NCBI GenBank assembly: GCA_964057225.1
Contig: OZ059898.1
Location: 10,912,001-10,976,000 of the forward strand
DNA length: 64,000 bases
Reading direction: 5' to 3'
Source of the DNA: Auanema rhodensis
Lineage: Eukaryota; Animalia; Nematoda
Both the position numbers and the translations under genes were made by a program. The notes under the pieces were generated by a model. That model made no database searches and was not told where the DNA came from. It saw only the letters and a list, made by a program, of their open reading frames with translations. Within the stretch, counting starts at the first letter, position 1; each line of letters opens with the position of its first letter. Below, in pieces: positions 54,482-64,000 of this stretch.

Positions 54482-57203
54482 TCATTGTTTTTTCATTGAT
54501 TTTTTAATTAATGCGTTGAACTGAGGAAACTTTTCGGATGCTTTCTGTAATCTTGCTAGTCGTATTTCAGGGTTGTAGGCATGAAGCCAATATGCTTCCA
54601 TCATAGTTTTTGACTGAAAGTAACTGAAATGAAAGACAAACACAAGGTAAAGCGTACAGCTAGTTGAATTTCTCCGCGTCTCTGCATCTCATATCCACCA
54701 CACTTGCTCAAAAGGGAATATGTGTCAGCTGATAATTGAATTTTTAGAGCTAAAATAATATGAATAAGCAAATAGACATTGATTGATTAATGGTTTTTTG
54801 ATATTTTAAAATTGTTGAACAATTGTTTTTAGCAGTATTCTTTGTTATCACTATGTTATGCCAACTGATTACAACAAACCTTCTCCTGAACTTTCCATAT
54901 TACTTGCTGTTATGACGGTATCACCAAATAAACAATATCGTGGCATTTTCACTCCCACAACACCTGTGACGACCGGACCTGAATGCAATCCAATACGGAT
55001 ACGTAGACGTTCCTCAGGAGCATGACGTACTTTAAAAGTCTAAAATTATTTTTACTTGTAGGATTATATTGAATTTTGTTGAAAAGTAATCATACATCCA
55101 TATTCTGAAGTAGTTCCCAACTAGCAGATGCCACTTCTCCAGCATGATGTATACCATTTGTTGTGGGCAAACCGGACACATACATATATGCATCTCCAAT
55201 AGTTTCAATTTTATAGCAATCAAAATGATCAATAATTTGATCAAAATCAGTATAAAGATCATTTAACATGTTTACAATCTGGAAAAAGATATGATTGCAC
55301 AATGTTCCTTCAGTTCAGTTCGGTTGTTTGTTTGTTCTGATTATGAGAAAAAAGTTTGAGCATTTACCTGCATGGGTGTACTTCTGCTGCTCAATGCTGT
55401 GAATCCAACAATATCAGAAAAATAAATCGTGATACTATCGAAAAATTCAGCTTCTACTGGACGACCATTTTTCAAGCTATCAGCCACTGAGCTATAGCAT
55501 TGAGTCAAAGATTGTTGAAATACGTAACTGGGGGAAAAAACCTTGGAAGAAGCTGAAGCAATAAGCGTTCATTACGACGACGTTCTTCTTCCAGCTCATC
55601 CGTTCGTTCTTTGATCACATCCTCTAAATTATATCGATATCTATCCAATAATTCCATGATATTATCAGCTATATTTCCTTTCCTATAATTGTTTTTTACG
55701 ATAATATTCAATGTCAGAACAATAGATCGAACAATCCTCTAGATAATGGTTTTAATTTATCCCGCACTTTCCGAATATTTGGTCGTTCCAGCGGATTTTC
55801 TTTCCAACACCTTTAGTAAATAGTTTCAATTGAAAAATATTTTTGTTCTTATACACTCACCATTCTACCATTTCAATAAGAATTGGGGGAGATTTTCGAA
55901 TCAACTCAATATCGGGACGTAGTATATGTTCAGCATTTGTATTTTTCAATTGTTGAACAATTTCTAAACCAGTTTACCATACATGTACATGTATTGTTAA
56001 ATGAAAATATATAGCATACCAGATGAATCAAGTAAATCATCACCATATGGTCCTTCTCTTCCATAAACTTCATATAAAATAATTGCAAGTGAGTACATGT
56101 CAGCTCTAGCAATTTCCTCCTTTGTGAGTGTATCTTTTTGACAATCCAAACGTAAAAGTTCTGGGGCAGACCATAGCATATCTGTGAAAGAAATATGATT
56201 TTCAATACATATTCTCAATTTTAACCATCTGGACGTGGTGGTGGTTCATCGATTCGAATCTTTTCCATTCCAAAGTTACTTAATTTTACCCTCCAATAAG
56301 CATCAACAACACAATTACTGCTCTTTAAATTTCCATGATACCCAATTTTGCACTTATCATGAAGATATCGTAATCCCTATAAAATTGTATCATAAAAATT
56401 TCATAAGATGAAATCAGAATTTCAAACCTTAGTAATATCTTCGATAAAAGACACTTTGAACATTCGATCCAGACGTAAGTCAGGATTGCGGACCAAATCC
56501 TGAAAATTTCATATTTAGTCTCTAAGATATTTATCTAGACTACAGAAAGTATTATAAGAAATGATGACATATTGCAACTTACACATAAACTTTTTCTTAA
56601 TCCATATGAATGAACGGTGAATATGAGAGCCGGTTCTATAATAATACCATGGAACTTATTAAGATTTTCATGAACAGCATTCATCAACTGAAAAAAATTT
56701 TTTTTTTCAATTCAAGAACATAAATTCTAAATACCAAATCTATTTCACGTTTCATATCTCGGGTCAGTTTCAAATTGTCTTTATATATTCGTCTAACTGT
56801 AACTAGAGAGTTATCCAACTTCGCCAATTGCCAATCTTCAATATTGTTCCAAGCATCGATATTAATCTCATTTTTCTATATTTGAAAAATAACTTCAAAT
56901 TTATAAAAAACCAGTACATCAGATTTAACATTTCTTCGTTTATAAGCTCGACGAATGTTATTTGAATAGAACTCCATTGTTCCAGGCATAGGGCCGTCTT
57001 CGTTGTTGAGTGAATGCAGAGACTTTTATTATTAAAACACATAGATTTTTAATAAAATACACAATCTTACTTTGACACTCATCATCGAAGCCATTAAACT
57101 ACCTGCTCTGCTCGATCCGAAACTGTTTAAATCTTGTAAAGTAATATCTCTTCGTGAAAGCAAATAGTATGACGATTCTAAGCGACGCTCGTATGCAATC
57201 CAT
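54482..57203 (-). CDS. Receptor-type guanylyl cyclase, intracellular part (juxtamembrane, kinase-homology, coiled coil, cyclase); 5' exons lie beyond the tRNA array
   Basis: [60 protein letters not shown] and [11 protein letters not shown]. The first visible exon starts [11 protein letters not shown] after a TTTTCAG acceptor at 57204. Confidence 0.92.
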
Positions 57204-57403
57204 CTGAAAATATTATTTTGTGTGAAAGAACTCTCTTCGCAGGAGGCATATTTGAGCTTCAGTGGTCTAAGGCACTGCGTTCAGCTCGAGCTACAAATAG
57301 TACGTTTTGGAGAAACATCGAACAACTTTTTAGATTTTGAACAATTTCAAACCAGCGCCTTAAATTTTTGGCTCAAAATATAGCTACTAACTGGTGTTAT
57401 CAT

Positions 57404-57487
57404 GTCATTCTAGCCGAGTGGTCTAAGGCGCTGCGTTCAGGTCGCAGTCCTCTCCGGAGGGCGCAGGTTCGAATCCTGCGGATGACA
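57404..57487 (+). tRNA. tRNA-Leu(CAG) copy 1
   Basis: Acceptor GTCATTC/GGATGAC, anticodon stem-loop CTGCG-TTCAGGT-CGCAG, long variable arm, GGTTCGAATCC B-box, T5 terminator. Has A instead of G at position 9. Confidence 0.93.
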
Positions 57488-57578
57488 GTATCTTTTTGGA
57501 AACCAAATCACTTTTCTAATTTCAAACCAGCGCCTTAAAGTTTTGGCGGAAACTGAAGCTCACAACTGTTTTTGCCAT

Positions 57579-57622
57579 GTCATTCTGAACTAGTGAACTG
57601 AGGCGCTGCGCCCGTTCGCAGT
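57579..57622 (+). pseudogene. Truncated pseudo-tRNA-Leu (first of the alternating B subunits)
   Basis: GTCATTCTGAACTAGTGAACTGAGGCGCTGCG..CGCAGT aligns to the tRNA 5' half; the variable arm, T arm/B-box and 3' acceptor strand are deleted. Confidence 0.85.
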
Positions 57623-57720
57623 ATTATCAGTATTGCTTTGAAAACCGAATCATTTTTCTAATTTCAAACCAGCGCCTTAAATTTTTGGCTCAAAATATAG
57701 CTAATAACTGTTGTTATCAT

Positions 57721-57804
57721 GTCATTCTGGCCGAGTGGTCTAAGGCGCTGCGTTCAGGTCGCAGTCCTCTCCGGAGGGCGCAGGTTCGAATCCTGCGGAT
57801 GACA
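57721..57804 (+). tRNA. tRNA-Leu(CAG) copy 2
   Basis: Consensus 84-nt copy. Confidence 0.95.
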
Positions 57805-58037
57805 GTATCTTTTTGGAAACCAAATCACTTTTTTAATTTCAAACAAGCGCCTTAAAGTTTCAGCGATAACTGAAGCTCACAACTGTTTTTGCCATGTCAT
57901 TCTGAACTAGTGAACTGAGGCGCTGCGCCCGTTCGCAGTATTATCAGTATTGCTGTGAAAACTGAATCATTTTTCTAATTTCAAACCAGCGCCTTAAATT
58001 TTTGGCTCAAAATATAGCTAATAACTGTTGTTATCAT

Positions 58038-58121
58038 GTCATTCTGGCCGAGTGGTCTAAGGCGCTGCGTTCAGGTCGCAGTCCTCTCCGGAGGGCGCAG
58101 GTTCGAATCCTGCGGATGACA
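58038..58121 (+). tRNA. tRNA-Leu(CAG) copy 3
   Basis: Consensus copy. Confidence 0.95.
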
Positions 58122-58354
58122 GTATCTTTTTGGAAACCAAATCACTTTTTTAATTTCAAACCAGCGCCTTAAAGTTTTGGCGGAAACTGAAGCTCACAAC
58201 TGTGTTTGCCATGTCATTCTGATCTAGTGAACTGAGGCGCTGCGCCCGTTCGCAGTATTATCAGTATTGCTTTGAAAACCGAATCATTTTTCTAATTTCA
58301 AACCAGCGCCTTGAATTTTTGGCTCAAAATATAGCTAATAACTGTTGTTATCAT

Positions 58355-58438
58355 GTCATTCTGGCCGAGTGGTCTAAGGCGCTGCGTTCAGGTCGCAGTC
58401 CTCTCCGGAGGGCGCAGGTTCGAATCCTGCGGATGACA
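58355..58438 (+). tRNA. tRNA-Leu(CAG) copy 4
   Basis: Consensus copy. Confidence 0.95.
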
Positions 58439-58671
58439 GTATCTTTTTGGAAACCAAATCACTTTTTTAATTTCAAACCAGCGCCTTAAAGTTTTGGCGG
58501 AAACTGAAGCTCACAACTGTGTTTGCCATGTCATTCTGATCTAGTGAACTGAGGCGCTGCGCCCGTTCGCAGTATTATCAGTATTGCTTTGAAAACCGAA
58601 TCATTTTTCTAATTTCAAACCAGCGCCTTAAATTTTTGGCTCAAAATATAGCTAATAACTGTTGTTATCAT

Positions 58672-58755
58672 GTCATTCTGGCCGAGTGGTCTAAGGCGCT
58701 GCGTTCAGGTCGCAGTCCTCTCCGGAGGGCGCAGGTTCGAATCCTGCGGATGACA
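58672..58755 (+). tRNA. tRNA-Leu(CAG) copy 5
   Basis: Consensus copy. Confidence 0.95.
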
Positions 58756-58989
58756 GTATCTTTTTGGAAACCAAATCACTTTTTTAATTTCAAACCAGCG
58801 CCTCAAAGTTTTGGCGGAAACTGAAGCTCGCAACTGTGTTTGCCATGTCATTCTGATCTAGTGAACTGAGGCGCTGCGGCCAGTTCGCAGTATTATCAGT
58901 ATTGCTGTGAAAACTGAATCATTTTTCTAATTTCAAACCAGCGCCTTAAATTTTTGGCTCAAAATATAGCTAATAACTGTTGTTATCAT

Positions 58990-59073
58990 GTCATTCTGGC
59001 CGAGTGGTCTAAGGCGCTGCGTTCAGGTCGCAGTCCTCTCCGGAGGGCGCAGGTTCGAATCCTGCGGATGACA
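58990..59073 (+). tRNA. tRNA-Leu(CAG) copy 6
   Basis: Consensus copy. Confidence 0.95.
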
Positions 59074-59307
59074 GTATCTTTTTGGAAACCAAATCACTTT
59101 TTTAATTTCAAACCAGCGCCTTAAAGTTTTGGCGGAAACTGAAGCTCACAACTGTTTTTGCCATGTCATTCTGATCTAGTGAACTGAGGCGCTGCGGCCA
59201 GTTCGCAGTATTATCAGTATTGCTTTGAAAACCGAATCATCTTTCTAATTTCAAACCAGCGCCTTAAATGTTTGGCTCAAAATAAAGCTAATAACTGTTG
59301 TTATCAT

Positions 59308-59391
59308 GTCATTCTGGCCGAGTGGTCTAAGGCGCTGCGTTCAGGTCGCAGTCCTCTCCGGAGGGCGCAGGTTCGAATCCTGCGGATGACA
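59308..59391 (+). tRNA. tRNA-Leu(CAG) copy 7
   Basis: Consensus copy. Confidence 0.95.
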
Positions 59392-59624
59392 GTATCTTTT
59401 TGGAAACCGAATCACTTTTTTAATTTCAAACAAGCGCCTTAAAGTTTCAGCGATAACTGAAGCTCACAACTGTTTTTGCCATGTCATTCTGAACTAGTGA
59501 ACTGAGGCGCTGCGCCCGTTCGCAGTATTATCAGTATTGCTGTGAAAACTGAATCATTTTTCTAATTTCAAACCAGCGCCTTAAATTTTTGGCTCAAAAT
59601 ATAGCTAATAACTGTTGTTATCAT

Positions 59625-59708
59625 GTCATTCTGGCCGAGTGGTCTAAGGCGCTGCGTTCAGGTCGCAGTCCTCTCCGGAGGGCGCAGGTTCGAATCCTGC
59701 GGATGACA
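59625..59708 (+). tRNA. tRNA-Leu(CAG) copy 8
   Basis: Consensus copy. Confidence 0.95.
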
Positions 59709-59942
59709 GTATCTTTTTGGAAACCAAATCACTTTTTTAATTTCAAACCAGCGCCTTAAAGTTTTGGCGGAAACTGAAGCTCACAACTGTGTTTGCCATG
59801 TCATTCTGATCTAGTGAACTGAGGCGCTGCGGCCAGTTCGCAGTATTATCAGTATTGCTGTGAAAACTGAATCATTTTTCTAATTTCAAACCAGCGCCTT
59901 AAATTTTTGGCTCAAAATATAGCTAATAACTGTTGTTATCAT

Positions 59943-60026
59943 GTCATTCTGGCCGAGTGGTCTAAGGCGCTGCGTTCAGGTCGCAGTCCTCTCCGGAGGG
60001 CGCAGGTTCGAATCCTGCGGATGACA
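59943..60026 (+). tRNA. tRNA-Leu(CAG) copy 9
   Basis: Consensus copy. Confidence 0.95.
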
Positions 60027-60259
60027 GTATCTTTTTGGAAACCAAATCACTTTTTTAATTTCAAACCAGCGCCTTAAAGTTTCAGCGATAACTGAAGCTC
60101 ACAACTGTTTTTGCCATGTCATTCTGAACTAGTGAACTGAGGCGCTGCGCCCGTTCGCAGTATTATCAGTATTGCTTTGAAAACCGAATCATTTTTCTAA
60201 TTTCAAACCAGCGCCTTAAATTTTTGGCTCAAAATATAGCTAATAACTGTTGTTATCAT

Positions 60260-60343
60260 GTCATTCTGGCCGAGTGGTTTAAGGCGCTGCGTTCAGGTCG
60301 CAGTCCTCTCCGGAGGGCGCAGGTTCGAATCCTGCGGATGACA
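60260..60343 (+). tRNA. tRNA-Leu(CAG) copy 10
   Basis: One C>T change in the D-loop (GGTTTAA). Confidence 0.9.
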
Positions 60344-60577
60344 GTATCTTTTTGGAAACCAAATCACTTTTTTAATTTCAAACAAACGCCTTAAAGTTTC
60401 AGCGATAACTGAAGCTCACAACTGTTTTTGCCATGTCATTCTGATCTAGTGAACTGAGGCGCTGCGGCCAGTTCGCAGTATTATCAGTATTGCTGTGAAA
60501 ACTGAATCATTTTTCTAATTTCAAACCAGCGCCTTAAATTTTTGGCTCAAAATATAGCTAATAACTGTTGTTATCAT

Positions 60578-60661
60578 GTCATTCTGGCCGAGTGGTCTAA
60601 GGCGCTGCGTTCAGGTCGCAGTCCTCTCCGGAGGGCGCAGCTTCGAATCCTGCGGATGACA
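60578..60661 (+). tRNA. tRNA-Leu(CAG) copy 11, B-box mutant (possible pseudogene)
   Basis: G>C at 60641 (GCTTCGAATCC) breaks the invariant G53-C61 pair. Confidence 0.7.
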
Positions 60662-60895
60662 GTATATTTTTGGAAACCAAATCACTTTTTTAATTTCAAA
60701 CCAGCGCCTTAAAGTTTTGGCGGAAACTGAAGCTCACAACTGTGTTTGCCATGTCAATCTGATCTAGTGAACTGAGGCGCTGCGGCCAGTTCGCAGTATT
60801 ATCAGTATTGCTGTGAAAACTGAATCATTTTTCTAATTTCAAACCAGCGCCTTAAATTTTTGGCTCAAAATATAGCTAATAACTGTTGTTATCAT

Positions 60896-60979
60896 GTCAT
60901 TCTGGCCGAGTGGTCTAAGGCGCTGCGTTCAGGTCGCAGTCCTCTCCGGAGGGCGCAGGTTCGAATCCTGCGGATGACA
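60896..60979 (+). tRNA. tRNA-Leu(CAG) copy 12
   Basis: Consensus copy. Confidence 0.95.
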
Positions 60980-61213
60980 GTACCTTTTTGGAAACCAAAT
61001 AACTTTTTTAATTCCAAACCAGCGCCCTAAAGTTTTGGCGGAAACTGAAGCTCACAACTGTGTTTGCCATGTCATTCTGATCTAGTGAACTGAGGCGCTG
61101 CGGCCAGTTCGCAGTATTATCAGTATTGCTGTGAAAACTGAATCATTTTTCTAATTTCAAACCAGCGCCTTGAATTTTTGGCTCAAAATATAGCTAATAA
61201 CTGTTGTTATTAT

Positions 61214-61297
61214 GTCATTCTGGCCGAGTGGTCTAAGGCGCTGCGTTCAGGTCGCAGTCCTCTCCGGAGGGCGCAGGTTCGAATCCTGCGGATGACA
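61214..61297 (+). tRNA. tRNA-Leu(CAG) copy 13
   Basis: Consensus copy. Confidence 0.95.
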
Positions 61298-61530
61298 GTA
61301 TCTTTTTGGAAACCAAATCACTTTTTTAATTTCAAACAAGCGCCTTAAAGTTTCAGCGATAACTGAAGCTCACAACTGTGTTTGCCATGTCATTCTGATC
61401 TAGTGAACTGAGGCGCTGCGCCCGTTTGCAGTATTATCCGTATTGCTTTGAAAACTGAATCATTTTTCTAATTTCAAACCAGCGCCTTGAATTTTTGGCT
61501 CAAAATATAGCTAATAACTGTTGTTATCAT

Positions 61531-61614
61531 GTCATTCTGGCCGAGTGGTCTAAGGCGCTGCGTTCAGGTCGCAGTCCTCTCAGGAGGGCGCAGGTTCGAA
61601 TCCTGCGGATGACA
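61531..61614 (+). tRNA. tRNA-Leu(CAG) copy 14
   Basis: C>A change in the variable-arm loop. Confidence 0.93.
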
Positions 61615-61848
61615 GTATCTTTTTGGAAACCAAATCACTTTTTTAATTTCAAACCAGCGCCTCAAAGTTTTGGCGGAAACTGAAGCTCACAACTGTGTTT
61701 GCCATGTCATTCTGATCTAGTGAACTGAGGCGCTGCGGCCAGTTCGCAGTATTATCAGTATTGCTGTGAAAACTGAATCATTTTTCTAATTTCAAACCAG
61801 CGCCTTAAATTTTTGGCTCAAAATATAGCTAATAACTGTTGTTATCAT

Positions 61849-61931
61849 GTCATTCTGGCCGAGTGTCTAAGGCGCTGCGTTCAGGTCGCAGTCCTCTCCG
61901 GAGGGCGCAGGTTCGAATCCTGCGGATGACA
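61849..61931 (+). tRNA. tRNA-Leu(CAG) copy 15, D-loop GG>G deletion (possible pseudogene or sequencing error)
   Basis: GAGTGTCTAA instead of GAGTGGTCTAA. Confidence 0.7.
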
Positions 61932-62165
61932 GTATCTTTTTGGAAACCAAATCACTTTTTTAATTTCAAACAAGCGCCTTAAAGTTTCAGCGATAACTGA
62001 AGCTCACAACTGTTTTTGCCATGTCATTCTGATCTAGTGAACTGAGGCGCTGCGGCCAGTTCGCAGTATTATCAGTATTGCTGTGAAAACTGAATCATTT
62101 TTCTAATTTCAAACCAGCGCCTTAAATTTTTGGCTCAAAATATAGCTAATAACTGTTGTTATCAT

Positions 62166-62249
62166 GTCATTCTGGCCGAGTGGTCTAAGGCGCTGCGTTC
62201 AGGTCGCAGTCCTCTCCGGAGGGCGCAGGTTCGAATCCTGCGGATGACA
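62166..62249 (+). tRNA. tRNA-Leu(CAG) copy 16
   Basis: Consensus copy. Confidence 0.95.
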
Positions 62250-62483
62250 GTACCTTTTTGGAAACCAAATAACTTTTTTAATTTCAAACCAGCGCCCTAA
62301 AGTTTTGGCGGAAACTGAAGCTCACAACTGTGTTTGCCATGTCATTCTGATCTAGTGAACTGAGGCGCTGCGGCCAGTTCGCAGTATTATCAGTATTGCT
62401 GTGAAAACTGAATCATTTTTCTAATTTCAAACCAGCGCCTTGAATTTTTGGCTCAAAATATAGCTAATAACTGTTGTTATCAT

Positions 62484-62567
62484 GTCATTCTGGCCGAGTG
62501 GTCTAAGGCGCTGCGTTCAGGTCGCAGTCCTCTCCGGAGGGCGCAGGTTCGAATCCTGCGGATGACA
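62484..62567 (+). tRNA. tRNA-Leu(CAG) copy 17
   Basis: Consensus copy. Confidence 0.95.
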
Positions 62568-62800
62568 GTATCTTTTTGGAAACCAAAACACTTTTTTAAT
62601 TTCAAACCAGCGCCTTAAAGTTTCAGCGATAACTGAAGCTCACAACTGTGTTTGCCATGTCATTCTGATCTAGTGAACTGAGGCGCTGCGCCCGTTTGCA
62701 GTATTATCCGTATTGCTTTGAAAACTGAATCATTTTTCTAATTTCAAACCAGCGCCTTGAATTTTTGGCTCAAAATATAGCTAATAACTGTTGTTATCAT

Positions 62801-62884
62801 GTCATTCTGGCCGAGTGGTCTAAGGCGCTGCGTTCAGGTCGCAGTCCTCTCCGGAGGGCGCAGGTTCGAATCCTGCGGATGACA
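62801..62884 (+). tRNA. tRNA-Leu(CAG) copy 18
   Basis: Consensus copy. Confidence 0.95.
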
Positions 62885-63117
62885 GTATCTTTTTGGAAAC
62901 CAAATCACTTTTTTAATTTCAAACAAGCGCTTTAAAGTTTCAGCGATAACTGAAGCTCACAACTGTTTTTGCCATGTCATTCTGAACTAGTGAACTGAGG
63001 CGCTGCGCCCGTTCGCAGTATTATCAGTATTGCTTTGAAAACCGAATCATTTTTCTAATTTCAAACCAGCGCCTTAAATTTTTGGCTCAAAATATAGCTA
63101 ATAACTGTTGTTATCAT

Positions 63118-63201
63118 GTCATTCTGGCCGAGTGGTCTAAGGCGCTGCGTTCAGGTCGCAGTCCTCTCCGGAGGGCGCAGGTTCGAATCCTGCGGATGAC
63201 A
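63118..63201 (+). tRNA. tRNA-Leu(CAG) copy 19
   Basis: Consensus copy. Confidence 0.95.
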
Positions 63202-63434
63202 GTATCTTTTTGGAAACCAAATCACTTTTTTAATTTCAAACCAGCGCCTTAAAGTTTTGGCGGAAACTGAAGCTCACAACTGTGTTTGCCATGTCATTCT
63301 GATCTAGTGAACTGAGGCGCTGCGCCTGTTCGCAGTATTATCAGTATTGCTTTGAAAACCGAATCATTTTTCTAATTTCAAACCAGCGCCTTAAATTTTT
63401 GGCTCAAAATATAGCTAATAACTGTTGTTATCAT

Positions 63435-63518
63435 GTCATTCTGGCCGAGCGGTCTAAGGCGCTGCGTTCAGGTCGCAGTCCTCTCCGGAGGGCGCAGGTT
63501 CGAATCCTGCGGATGACA
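63435..63518 (+). tRNA. tRNA-Leu(CAG) copy 20
   Basis: T>C change in the D-loop (GAGCGG). Confidence 0.93.
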
Positions 63519-63752
63519 GTATCTTTTTGGAAACCAAATCACTTTTTTAATTTCAAACCAGCGCCTTAAAGTTTTGGCGGAAACTGAAGCTCACAACTGT
63601 GTTTGCCATGTCATTCTGATCTAGTGAACTGAGGCGCTGCGGCCAGTTCGCAGTATTATCAGTATTGCTGTGAAAACTGAATCATTTTTCTAATTTCAAA
63701 CCAGCGCCTTAAATTTTTGGCTCAAAATATAGCTAATAACTGTTGTTATCAT

Positions 63753-63836
63753 GTCATTCTGGCCGAGTGGTCTAAGGCGCTGCGTTCAGGTCGTAGTCCT
63801 CTCCGGAGGGCGCAGGTTCGAATCCTGCGGATGACA
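63753..63836 (+). tRNA. tRNA-Leu(CAG) copy 21
   Basis: C>T change in the anticodon stem gives a G-U pair. Confidence 0.88.
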
Positions 63837-64000
63837 GTACCTTTTTGGAAACCAAATCACTTTTTTAATTTCAAACCAGCGCCCTAAAGTTTTGGCGGAA
63901 ACTGAAGCTCACAACTGTGTTTGCCATGTCATTCTGATCTAGTGAACTGAGGCGCTGCGGCCAGTTCGCAGTATTATCAGTATTGCTTTGAAAACCGAAT

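Larger units (their letters stand above)
57343..64000 (+). repeat. Tandem array, 317/318-bp unit = tRNA-Leu(CAG) subunit (175 bp) + truncated pseudo-tRNA subunit (142/143 bp); 21 units, continues past the window
   Basis: Both subunits begin AATTTCAAACCAGCGCCTTAAA and contain CATGTCATTCTG; tRNA starts are spaced 317-318 bp apart. Confidence 0.97.

Noticed and set aside
58636-61683. Two identical 62-aa ORFs (MAQNIANN...)
   Set aside because: Incidental translations of the tRNA repeat where a TAA>CAA variant extends the frame.
57343-64000. CRISPR-like array
   Set aside because: Eukaryotic context, near-identical rather than unique intervening sequences, and no cas genes; it is a tRNA tandem repeat.

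Overview
AT-rich eukaryotic DNA, almost certainly nematode (40-60 nt introns, TTTTCAG acceptors, a TRA-3 orthologue, a C. elegans-like tRNA-Leu). Bases 1-24 kb are gene-poor intergenic or intronic sequence with (GA)n/(TA)n microsatellites and one short GC-rich foldable island (~21.2 kb). Next come a ClC-2-type chloride channel on the minus strand (GKMGP in place of GKEGP) with a nested antisense Kunitz/WR1-type secreted-protein gene in one intron, calpain-5/tra-3, and a small dual-specificity phosphatase. An 8.4-kb composite insertion (40893-49282) is flanked by an apparently identical 667-bp direct duplication that includes the phosphatase start and promoter. The insertion has ~10-bp CpG-periodic satellite arms in alternating orientation and a deleted Maverick/Polinton-like core (AGTAGT...ACTACT TIRs, adenain protease relic). 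The core carries a nested mariner, a nested Merlin with a 9-bp TSD that splits the protease, and a decayed PaREP1/HEPN-like cargo gene. After it are a Pmp3/UPF0057 proteolipid gene and the intracellular half of a receptor guanylyl cyclase lacking the catalytic Asn/Arg/Lys. The window ends in a >6.6-kb tandem array (317/318-bp unit) of 21 tRNA-Leu(CAG) genes, each alternating with a truncated pseudo-tRNA; the array lies antisense in the presumed post-transmembrane intron of the cyclase and runs off the window end. All exon structures and family calls were read by eye, without database searches.
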